Shown here one piece after another: positions 1-7,417 of a stretch of DNA of 24,754 nt; the stretch's first letter is position 1, and each line of letters begins with the position of its first letter. The notes beneath the pieces were generated by a model. The model was not told the origin of the DNA, searched no databases, and saw only the letters and a list, made by a program, of their open reading frames with translations. The position numbers and the translations under genes are program-made. The stretch is from Deferrisomatales bacterium (lineage in GTDB: Bacteria > Desulfobacterota > Deferrisomatia > Deferrisomatales > JACRMM01), in the NCBI GenBank assembly GCA_033551855.1, contig JAWSUI010000053.1, positions 1 through 24,754 of the forward strand, in the 5' to 3' direction.

Positions 1-95
1 TCTATTTATGAAACATCTAGATCTTTACACCGAACAGGGCACAGAAGTGTGGTGAGGGAGACGCAAGGGACGGAGAAGGGGAAGCGAGTCGACTG

Positions 96-584
96 TCACT
101 CTCCGGCCCGCTGCAGCAGCAGCCGTTGGATCTCGTCCGAGATCCATAGGCCGGACTTCTTGAGGGCACCGAGTGCTTCGGTGACGGACGGAATCAAGCC
201 GCGTCGCTTTGCCAAAACGAGCACGGCTCCGGTTCCGAGAACCGGGATCCCCAATGCGCGTGAGCACCTTCGGGCCTCCCCATCGTCGACGATCGCCCGG
301 AACCCCGGATGGTCGAGAGCAAAGGTCAGGACCTCCGACTCTCCCGGGCCGAGATCCCACCCGGCGATCTGGGGCGGTACACGGTCCACCCTTACCCGGT
401 CGACCCAGCGCGCCCCGGGAAGCAGCCGTGCGGCGGGATCGGCCTCGGGCCCAGCCAGGATCTCGCTCCAGACAACCTCGGGGATGGCGACCCGTGTCCA
501 CAGCTCCGCCAGAACGTGCTCCAAACCGCCTCGGCAAAGGCAGATCAGCGGCGATGCATTGGCGACCACAAGGTCAATCGACAT
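96..584 (-). CDS. DUF3368-family PIN-domain protein, putative TA toxin
   Basis: 162 aa with VVANASPLI, IPEVVWSEI, LGPGESE, IVDDGEARR and GTGAVL motifs typical of DUF3368/COG2405; overlaps the upstream UPF0175 gene by 11 bp. Confidence 0.85.
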   Translation of the reverse strand: MSIDLVVANASPLICLCRGGLEHVLAELWTRVAIPEVVWSEILAGPEADPAARLLPGARWVDRVRVDRVPPQIAGWDLGPGESEVLTFALDHPGFRAIVDDGEARRCSRALGIPVLGTGAVLVLAKRRGLIPSVTEALGALKKSGLWISDEIQRLLLQRAGE

Positions 585-828
585 CCCGGAGCTCCTCAGC
601 GAGCTCTTCCTCGGAGTACTGGAAGGGAGACACCCGGAAGCGAGACAGGAGTTCCAGGAACTCTGCCCGGGAGACCCCGGCGATCTCGGCCCCCTTGCCC
701 TGGGAGATCCACCCCATCTCGTACCACTTCACGGCCGCGGCCGAACGCATTTCCTGCGCGAACTCGTTCGGGTCTTTGCGCAGCGCACTGAAGACCGTTT
801 CCGGGAATTGCATGGTGACCGTGGTCAT
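574..828 (-). CDS. UPF0175-family protein, putative antitoxin
   Basis: 84 aa from ATG at 828 (MTTVTMQFPE...AVKWYEMGWISQGKGAEIAGVSRAEFLELL); usual partner upstream of DUF3368. Confidence 0.85.
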   Translation of the reverse strand: MTTVTMQFPETVFSALRKDPNEFAQEMRSAAAVKWYEMGWISQGKGAEIAGVSRAEFLELLSRFRVSPFQYSEEELAEELRDVD

Positions 829-1019
829 GGGGCACCTCTGTCCGCGAGCCGCAATGTCAACGGGCGCCAGCACGCTGTCGGCACGCCGAAGGGGCTGGAA
901 CGTCCACCTTGGCAGCCAGGGTACCACACCTTGGTCTATCGTACCGCGCCTCTGGCGAGGCACGCCTGGTTCCCGAATGGCGGATGTCTAGGCTGACGAG
1001 CAAGGAAGGAGGCCAGCGA

Positions 1020-1892
1020 ATGGAACGGTTGGCGCCACGAACCACGGTCAAGACGGTGGCGGCAGCGATCGGACTCCTCCTCCTCACCGCTCCTTCCATT
1101 GCCGGCGAAGGAAAGCCCTTCGGGGGGAGCGGCGGTCCGACATCGGTCGCCGTCCCTGAAGCGGCCACCGATTCCCTCAGGGACCTTATTCGCCGCATGG
1201 AGACGCGCGGGCAGCCGGTACGAGTGGAGAGCCTTCGAAACGTCCATGACATCGAGGCGAGAGAAAAGGCCGACGACGTCTCGAGACGATTGCACTCCAC
1301 CGAGGAACTCGACCGACTGGGCGCTGAAAACGCCCGGCTGCAACAAGAGGTGTTCGGTGAGTTCCTGGGACAGAAAGTATGGGACAGAAAGCGGGAGTCA
1401 GCGTCTTTGGACGGTCTGCCCCCGACCGACCGAATCTATCTGTTCATCTCCGAGAGCGTCCCTCTCGAGACCCTGCGGAACTACGCCCGGGACGTCGCTG
1501 ACCTCGGGGACCCGAGGATCGTCATGGTCCTGCGCGGCTTCGTCGGCGGCATGCGGCACGTCCTCCCCACGCGACGCTTCGTTCTGGACGTCCTCCGGAA
1601 GGACCTCGCCTGCAATCCCGAGGCTGCGAGCGACTGTGAACTCTACCCGGTCAGCCTGGTAATCGATCCGCTGCTGTTTCGGCGGTACGACATACAGGCT
1701 GTCCCAGCGGTAGCCTATGCCCAAGATGTCGAGACGGCTACGTCTGTCACGGGGGAAGAATCGCGGAAGGGCGCATCCCAGGGTCTTTGGTGGCGGATCT
1801 CAGGGGACGTCGAGCTTGGTGAGTTGCTGCGGCGAATTCAGTCGCACGCCGAAGGCGACGCGCTTATCTCCTTCTTGCGTCGGATCCTGTGA
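1020..1892 (+). CDS. trbC: F-type conjugative pilus assembly protein TrbC
   Basis: AAGGAAGGAGG RBS before ATG 1020; signal peptide; YLFISESVPLETL, VMVLRGFVGG and IDPLLFRRYDIQAVPAV motifs of TrbC_Ftype. Confidence 0.85.
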   Translation: MERLAPRTTVKTVAAAIGLLLLTAPSIAGEGKPFGGSGGPTSVAVPEAATDSLRDLIRRMETRGQPVRVESLRNVHDIEAREKADDVSRRLHSTEELDRLGAENARLQQEVFGEFLGQKVWDRKRESASLDGLPPTDRIYLFISESVPLETLRNYARDVADLGDPRIVMVLRGFVGGMRHVLPTRRFVLDVLRKDLACNPEAASDCELYPVSLVIDPLLFRRYDIQAVPAVAYAQDVETATSVTGEESRKGASQGLWWRISGDVELGELLRRIQSHAEGDALISFLRRIL

Positions 1893-1940
1893 GGGCGCAC
1901 TACGTCATGGGATGAGCTCAGAAAAGCACAAATTTCTGAA

Positions 1941-2982
1941 TCTGGGATATCCGGTTCGCTCCAGCGACCACTAGATGTTGTGGTCGGCGGGCATAACACC
2001 GTCGTCGAAGTTCTCTTCCTCGGCGGTGGAGCTTGACGCCTTGAGGCTCCTCGCGGGAACAGGGTCCACCATGGCCGCTTGCTGGACGAGTCGATAGAAC
2101 AGTTTGCCGCGACTGCGCGATGTGCGGCGATTGAATCGAAACGTGAACTCATCCAAATAGTAGTCCAGATGCGTGGGCCGGACCGCCCCCTGGTACGTGC
2201 CCAGCAACCAGCGCTTCAAGAGAGAGGCTACCAAGTGGGGCAGCAAGAGATCTTCCGGCGTGACGACGATTCGATCGTAGCCGAGCGTCGGCAGCGAGGT
2301 GTAGCCGGACCAATCGTCCGTCTTCACCGTGCTGCGGGGCGAAACCGCCTCGGCAACGAAATCTCCCAAACTGTCGCCGGCGGCATCGGGAAGTTGCTTG
2401 AGGCGGATTCTGCCAATGCCTTCCGGTCCCTTGTCCTCCGCCGCGATCGCAACCACGGTCTTTCCCGCGGCGCCCCGACCCCGTTTGCCCGTCGCCCTCT
2501 TGCGTCCGACATAGGTTTCGTCGACTTGTATGCATCCACACAGTTGATCACGGCCAGGTCGGACCATCGCACAACGCAACTTGTGCAGCCACTGCCATGC
2601 GGTCTCGTACCTGCTCAACCCCAGGACGCGCTGCAGTCCCAACGCGTTCGCCCCATACTTCTGACTGGTGATGTGCCACATCGCTCGGAACCAGAGGACC
2701 AGGGGCTTGCGAGACCCGTGGAAGATCGTCCCAGCAGTAACCGACGTCTGAGTGCCACACCGTCTGCAGTGCAATCGCGCACGGTTGGTTTTCCAGGCCT
2801 CGGTACCGTTGCATCGCGGGCACACGAACCCGCTCGGCCACCGCAACGTCGCCAGGTACTCAAGGCACGCCGGTTCGTTCGCGAACCGCACCTCGAACTC
2901 GCCGAGCGAGCGGGGGTAGTCCTCGTCCATGAGTTCGAGATACTACATCTTGGGGTCACTTGACTCAACCGGATACCCCAGA
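1941..2982 (-). mobile_element. IS1595-family insertion sequence (ISSod11-like group), apparently intact
   Basis: Imperfect ~37-bp TIRs (CTGGGATATCCGGTT... from 1942; ...AACCGGATACCCCAG to 2981); flanking direct repeat TTTCTGAA at 1933-1940 and 2983-2990; single transposase inside. Confidence 0.9.
1971..2930 (-). CDS. IS1595-family transposase
   Basis: RWPSGFVCPRC...CRRC zinc ribbon, TAGTIFH, QVDETYVG, KTDDW, HLVASLLKRWLLGT (H in place of the third acidic residue), YLDEFTFRFNRR. Confidence 0.93.
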   Translation of the reverse strand: MDEDYPRSLGEFEVRFANEPACLEYLATLRWPSGFVCPRCNGTEAWKTNRARLHCRRCGTQTSVTAGTIFHGSRKPLVLWFRAMWHITSQKYGANALGLQRVLGLSRYETAWQWLHKLRCAMVRPGRDQLCGCIQVDETYVGRKRATGKRGRGAAGKTVVAIAAEDKGPEGIGRIRLKQLPDAAGDSLGDFVAEAVSPRSTVKTDDWSGYTSLPTLGYDRIVVTPEDLLLPHLVASLLKRWLLGTYQGAVRPTHLDYYLDEFTFRFNRRTSRSRGKLFYRLVQQAAMVDPVPARSLKASSSTAEEENFDDGVMPADHNI

Positions 2983-3026
2983 TTTCTGAAAAGCCAATGT
3001 TGTTCTTTGACCCAGACGGTTCAACT

Positions 3027-3935
3027 CTAGCGTGAAATCCCTTTTCGCATACCTTTCGGATCACCCTTGAGTAGAAGCCGAGATCCGAGGACATTCATGA
3101 GCTTCTTCCTATGTCGGCCCCACACGGCCCCCCGCTTTTGGTCTTCGTCGAACCCGAAGATCACCAGCCTCGGCTCCGGGTCAAGGGAAAATTGGACTAC
3201 CCCTGATTCCACTTGCTTGGCGAGACCTTTCAAGTCTTCAGGGGCCCCCTCAAGCCGAGCGAGTTCAGAGCAAACCGTCCTATATGCTTCCTCGACACGA
3301 GAGCGCTTCGCGGACAACAACTCCTTGTACTTCTCGATCTGTTGGAGGACCATCGGAGTACCATCGCCATTCGCCCGAAGTTCTCCGTTTCCAAAATGCT
3401 TTGCCTCGTAAAAGACAAGGTTGACTCTTCCCTGTGCCGGGACGAGAGCAGCGAAGTCGATCCGTTGCGCACCGGGGCGGCTCGCATCATCGACTGCATC
3501 ATCCTCATCCGTAATGCCGATTTCGACGTCGATGACATTCCAGTTGCTTCTCAGAATCTCATGGACGCCGCTCTTCTCGACTCCCGCATAGGGCTCGGTG
3601 GCCCTCTTCAGCAATGTTGGATCTGTGAGGCTCTGAAGGAAGTAGTCCGCCCCGAGTGCAGTTCCAACAAGATTGTCGTTTATGCATGTTACGTAGGGTG
3701 ACGCATCAGGCTTCACGAGGTATTTGTAATGTATGCATCCGGAAAGATCGGTCCCAGACGGACAGTTCAAACGAACAAGACTGTTCCCTTTGTAGTACAA
3801 GTTCAGATACCGATTCCGAATTCCAAGGTAGATGTCTGGGTCGTCGAGCATGGACGACCACCAGGTCTTCTGTTGATACGCTCTGTTCAGAACGTTAACG
3901 AAATCAGGTCCCAAACCTCTCGCAAAGTCTCCCAT
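3027..3935 (-). CDS. Hypothetical protein with a probable C-terminal PD-(D/E)xK nuclease fold
   Basis: 302 aa, AAGGAG RBS; IDVE...RIDFAAL...FYEAK...QIEKY spacing; visibly more AT-rich than the tra genes. Confidence 0.65.
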   Translation of the reverse strand: MGDFARGLGPDFVNVLNRAYQQKTWWSSMLDDPDIYLGIRNRYLNLYYKGNSLVRLNCPSGTDLSGCIHYKYLVKPDASPYVTCINDNLVGTALGADYFLQSLTDPTLLKRATEPYAGVEKSGVHEILRSNWNVIDVEIGITDEDDAVDDASRPGAQRIDFAALVPAQGRVNLVFYEAKHFGNGELRANGDGTPMVLQQIEKYKELLSAKRSRVEEAYRTVCSELARLEGAPEDLKGLAKQVESGVVQFSLDPEPRLVIFGFDEDQKRGAVWGRHRKKLMNVLGSRLLLKGDPKGMRKGISR

Positions 3936-3965
3936 TGTCGTCGTCTCCTTGTAGTTCTTGAATTA

Positions 3966-5219
3966 TCAAGCGTCGAATTCACAACCATCATCCGCTATCA
4001 CTACGTTTTCAATATGTCGGCCGAACTCCTCCGAGTGCTCTGTATGGATGGGGACAACGATTGTCGGTTCCAAAGCCTTCGAGAAACGTCTCAGGTCCTC
4101 CACGGTCGCATGTCCGCTGGTATGCGCGTAGACGAAATTGACTGCCTCGTCGTTCATGAATGCACGCATGTCGCTCGCGCCGACGTACTCTTCATCGGAG
4201 CAATCGAGATAGCCCTTCCATTGAGAGTAGATGACACTGGCTCGCCCCCGCTCCAGGTGCCGGCGGATGGTCCGACCGGACGACATCTTGGATACCCAGA
4301 GGAAGCGCTCCGGGTGGGCCTCCAGTTCCTCCACCTTGATGCGGGCCGGGCCGAAAAGCCGCGGGATGAACGTCCTCAGTTCGTCGGCCTCTTTGATTCT
4401 CGCGTATTGCCCAGGAGATACGTAGACCCTTATCCCGTCCCAATCCAGGTTGGGAACCGACCCGGAGACCTGCCGCATCCGATCGAGTACCCAGGCGGTG
4501 TAGGCGTCGATCACAAGAGACCGCCCCGTCTTCTTGCAAGCTCGGAATGCGGAGACGATTCGGTCGATGTTCTGGGACGAGCAAACGAGGAAGGCCGGCA
4601 CCGCATGTTCACGGAGGACTTGGACGATCGGGTCTTCGACACTGGCTTCCGTCGGGAACTCACCGTTATCCCTGCCGAGCATCGTTCCTTCCAGGAGAAG
4701 CAGGTCGATCGGCTTCGGGGGCCTCTCGATCATGCGATCGAAGAGCTTGCGCTTACGCCCAGTGGCCCGGAAATCCCCGCTGTAGAAGAGACGCTTTCCC
4801 TGCACCTCAATCAGGAAGGCGTGAGCCTCGGGGCTCGAGTGGTCAACCAGAAAAGGATGGATGCGGAACGGCCCGACCTCGAAGGGCACCCAGGAGGTGA
4901 AGTGGCGAATGTCGTTTCGGAGCGTCCTCTTCCCGAGGAACAGGCGGGTGGAGTCGACGAGGTCCTGGGCCAGCGGGGTCATGTAGACGGGCACGGACGG
5001 CGGGAGGCGGTCGACGAGCCCGTAGTGGTCCAAGTGAGGGTGGCTGACGAGAACGGCGTCTGGCCGAAGCGAATCCACGTCGACCGACGTGGTTTGCCGG
5101 CTCAGGGGAAGGCCCAAATCGAGAAAGAGAGAGGCACCTTCTGACTTGAGCTCGATGCAGGTCCCGCCGATCTCTCGGGACCCCCGGTGGATGATCACTC
5201 CGATCTGGCTTCTCCCCAC
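3966..5219 (-). CDS. MBL-fold beta-CASP hydrolase, RNase J-like, lacking the RNase J C-terminal domain
   Basis: GTG 5219 with GGGAGG 7 nt upstream (alternative GTG 5198); HRGSREIGGTCIE, LDLG, SHPHLDH, VDHS, YSGDFR, LEGT, HTSGHA, PIHTE motifs. Confidence 0.88.
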   Translation of the reverse strand: MGRSQIGVIIHRGSREIGGTCIELKSEGASLFLDLGLPLSRQTTSVDVDSLRPDAVLVSHPHLDHYGLVDRLPPSVPVYMTPLAQDLVDSTRLFLGKRTLRNDIRHFTSWVPFEVGPFRIHPFLVDHSSPEAHAFLIEVQGKRLFYSGDFRATGRKRKLFDRMIERPPKPIDLLLLEGTMLGRDNGEFPTEASVEDPIVQVLREHAVPAFLVCSSQNIDRIVSAFRACKKTGRSLVIDAYTAWVLDRMRQVSGSVPNLDWDGIRVYVSPGQYARIKEADELRTFIPRLFGPARIKVEELEAHPERFLWVSKMSSGRTIRRHLERGRASVIYSQWKGYLDCSDEEYVGASDMRAFMNDEAVNFVYAHTSGHATVEDLRRFSKALEPTIVVPIHTEHSEEFGRHIENVVIADDGCEFDA

Positions 5220-5461
5220 CTGTCTTCCTCCCACCAGTCGTCGATCTCCTCGATCGAGTGATCCCGGCACACGAAAGAGTCCAACCTGGAGCCGGCAGCG
5301 CATCTGCCGCACACCGGTCTCCCACGGAGGTCGCAAGTCCCACCCAATTCGTTGCCGAACGGGGGAGAGAGCCGTTCGGCTGGTGGATCGGCACGCCGTA
5401 TTCGGCGCAGAAGAACCCGGAGTACTTGGCTGTTGCAACAAGTGATAAGTTCGTGTGACAT
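5195..5461 (-). pseudogene. Degenerate paralog of the adjacent Cys-rich zinc-finger ORF
   Basis: FCAEYGVPIHQ in one frame and GNELGGTCDLRGRPVCGRCA...VCRDH...DDWW in another, joined at a C-run near 5361-5365; aligns to ORF 5585-5854 with two Cys lost. Confidence 0.55.
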
Positions 5462-5491
5462 TTCGGGCGCATGGCACCCAGGCTTCTCGTA

Positions 5492-5562
5492 CCGTCATTC
5501 CGGCGCAGGCCGGAATCCAGGCCTCCCGGAGTTCTGGACCCCGGCCTCCGCCGGGGTGACGG
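5492..5562. repeat. CGTC-type REP doublet (inverted pair)
   Basis: CCGTCATTCCGGCGCAGGCCGGAATCCAG (5492-5520) and CTGGACCCCGGCCTCCGCCGGGGTGACGG (5534-5562), each palindromic and inverted to each other. Confidence 0.75.
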
Positions 5563-5584
5563 CAAAATCACACGAACTTCTGCA

Positions 5585-5854
5585 TCACGGTACTAGATTC
5601 CGTCCGGGCCCGGCAGCGTGCTGTCCCCGCCAGTGGTCATACTCGGCTTGAGTGTGTTGCCGGCAAATCAACGAGTCACCGGCGCAGCCGATCGCGCAGA
5701 ACACGCACACCGGTCGCCCACAAAGCTCGCACCCCCAGCCGAGGTTTCCGGGAGCTCCTGCGGTCCCCGTTTGTCTCAACGGATTACCACACTCAGCGCA
5801 AGCCACCTCCTCATCTACTACGCTTGTATCGGCACCAGTGCTCATCGACATCAC
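5585..5854 (-). CDS. Small Cys-rich putative zinc-finger protein
   Basis: 89 aa with CAEC...CELC...CVFC...CRQH (four CxxC/CxxH pairs); exact start uncertain. Confidence 0.6.
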   Translation of the reverse strand: MMSMSTGADTSVVDEEVACAECGNPLRQTGTAGAPGNLGWGCELCGRPVCVFCAIGCAGDSLICRQHTQAEYDHWRGQHAAGPGRNLVP

Positions 5855-6022
5855 CTCGTGCGGTCGGGATGCAGGCCAGGGAGCGGCTCAGGCAGACTCC
5901 CCTCAACTGTATATTCACGCCAAATACCAAATTGTTTAGGAGAAAAGTTTCACACGGCCGCCGCTCGGGCACAGATTGGCCGCGACCTGTCCAGCGGCCT
6001 GTGGCGGAGGCGCACAGCACCA

Positions 6023-6051
6023 TTGCACCGAGGGACTTCGAATGGTATTTT
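6023..6051 (+). promoter_or_regulatory. Putative sigma70 promoter of the phd/relE operon
   Basis: TTGCAC (6023-6028), 17-bp spacer, TGG-TATTTT (6046-6051) extended -10; 26 bp before ATG 6078. Confidence 0.5.
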
Positions 6052-6077
6052 TTGAGGTACGTTTGGAGGGACAGTGG

Positions 6078-6356
6078 ATGGCTAGAATTCCGGAGATTAT
6101 CCCCGTGACGGACCTGCGGCACAACGCCGCGGAGGTGCTCGAGGGGCTTCGGGCCTCGGGTGAACCGCTCGTCATCACTCAGCGGGGAAGGGCGGCTGCC
6201 GTGATGCTCAGCGTCGAGGCCTTCGAGCGGGTCGAGCACGAGCGAGAGCTGCTGCGCCTGCTGGCCCGGGGTGAGAAGGAGATCGCCGAGGGCCGCGGGC
6301 ACGACCTGGACGCCGTTCTCGCGGAAGCAGACGCCCTGCTCGAACGAGAGCCGTGA
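6078..6356 (+). CDS. Phd/YefM-family antitoxin
   Basis: GGAGG RBS; IIPVTDLR...EPLVITQRGRAAAVMLSVEAFE; GTGA overlap with the toxin gene. Confidence 0.92.
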   Translation: MARIPEIIPVTDLRHNAAEVLEGLRASGEPLVITQRGRAAAVMLSVEAFERVEHERELLRLLARGEKEIAEGRGHDLDAVLAEADALLEREP

Positions 6357-6643
6357 AGGTCCGGTTCACACCGGCGGCTCGCGCTCAGTTCCTCTCCGCC
6401 CTGGACTACATCCGGCGAGACGACCCGGCTGCGGCCAGGGGGATGCGCCAAAGGGCCGAGCAGGTATTGCGGAGGCTCGAGACGTTCCCGGAGTCCGGGC
6501 GAACGCTGCCCGAGTTCCCGGACCTACCCTACCGCGAGGTGATCGTCTCACCGTACCGGTGCTTCTACCGGGTCGAAGGGGAGACTGTCTGGATCGTAGC
6601 GGTGTGGCACGGCGCGCAACTCCCGAAGGGGCCATCGGGTTGA
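6353..6643 (+). CDS. RelE/ParE-family toxin
   Basis: VRFTPAA...LDYIRRDDPAAA...LETFPESGR...PYRCFYRV...IVAVWHGAQ; coupled to the Phd gene. Confidence 0.92.
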   Translation: MKVRFTPAARAQFLSALDYIRRDDPAAARGMRQRAEQVLRRLETFPESGRTLPEFPDLPYREVIVSPYRCFYRVEGETVWIVAVWHGAQLPKGPSG

Positions 6644-6720
6644 ACTGCTCCTTTCACACGACCGAGGTATACTCACTCGCCAAGTGAGGTTGTCTCCGCC
6701 AGACCGGAAAGGGGGAAAAG

Positions 6721-6975
6721 ATGATGAGCCGAAAGACTGAACGAGTCCTGAAGGCGGTCCTGTTCGGCGTGATCGCGGCAATCGTTGGCGCAACGTTCTA
6801 CTTCGCCGGTCCGCCGCTCGGCGTCCCGATCGGGGGCATTTCTCTGCTTCTGCTGTGGGCGGTCTTCGTGGAGCGCACCCGGCGTTGCCCCCGTGAGGAC
6901 GACGCCGTCGACATGATGGTGAGCCATCCCGCCTGGAAACACTGGGAAGGCAACATCTGGCACAAGCGGGGATGA
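6721..6975 (+). CDS. Small two-TM membrane protein, candidate entry-exclusion protein
   Basis: 84 aa, two hydrophobic segments then a polar tail; purine-rich RBS; convergent on the traG operon. Confidence 0.55.
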   Translation: MMSRKTERVLKAVLFGVIAAIVGATFYFAGPPLGVPIGGISLLLLWAVFVERTRRCPREDDAVDMMVSHPAWKHWEGNIWHKRG

Positions 6976-6985
6976 ATCCGAGCCG

Positions 6986-7399
6986 TCAGACCTGCCGTGC
7001 CGTCTCCGGAGCGCTCCTCCGTGGTCCGAACCCGCCGGAGTGGGCGGCATAGGCGCCCTTCGCCTCCAGGAGCTTGTCTTTCGGGAGGTGGAGGGTGAAG
7101 GCGTGGGTCATGAGGTACGCGCCGGGATCGTCGACGCAGACGATTACCGTCCCAGTTGCGACCAGGTGACCGAAGGCGTCCTCCGGGATCTCGATGACCA
7201 GGTTGTCCTTCACGCCCAGGTAGTAGCAGCTCCCGGGCGGGAAGACGTAGATATCGATGTCCTCCTCCTGTAGCTTCCGGTACTCCCTCCGGAAGGCCTC
7301 CGGATCGCCGCTCACGAAGACTTGGAGCCCCGTCTCCACGAGAAGAGCGTTGTGCGCGAGCTGAAGGCACGGTTCGCGGTCGGTCGGTTTGGTGCTCAT
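6986..7399 (-). CDS. Hypothetical protein downstream of traG
   Basis: 137 aa, GAGGAG RBS, 18 bp after the traG stop; globular composition. Confidence 0.65.
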   Translation of the reverse strand: MSTKPTDREPCLQLAHNALLVETGLQVFVSGDPEAFRREYRKLQEEDIDIYVFPPGSCYYLGVKDNLVIEIPEDAFGHLVATGTVIVCVDDPGAYLMTHAFTLHLPKDKLLEAKGAYAAHSGGFGPRRSAPETARQV

Positions 7400-7417
7400 C
7401 GTGGGCTCCTCTTCGGG

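Noticed and set aside
2..55. Possible 3' end of an upstream plus-strand gene (LFMKHLDLYTEQGTEVW*)
   Set aside because: Too short to support or identify
5220..5498. N-terminal extension of the 510-aa MBL ORF
   Set aside because: Overlaps the zinc-finger relic and REP; the family motif and RBS point to a start at 5219
5907..5922. CTGTATATTCAC as an SOS/LexA box
   Set aside because: Right half-site (ACAG) missing
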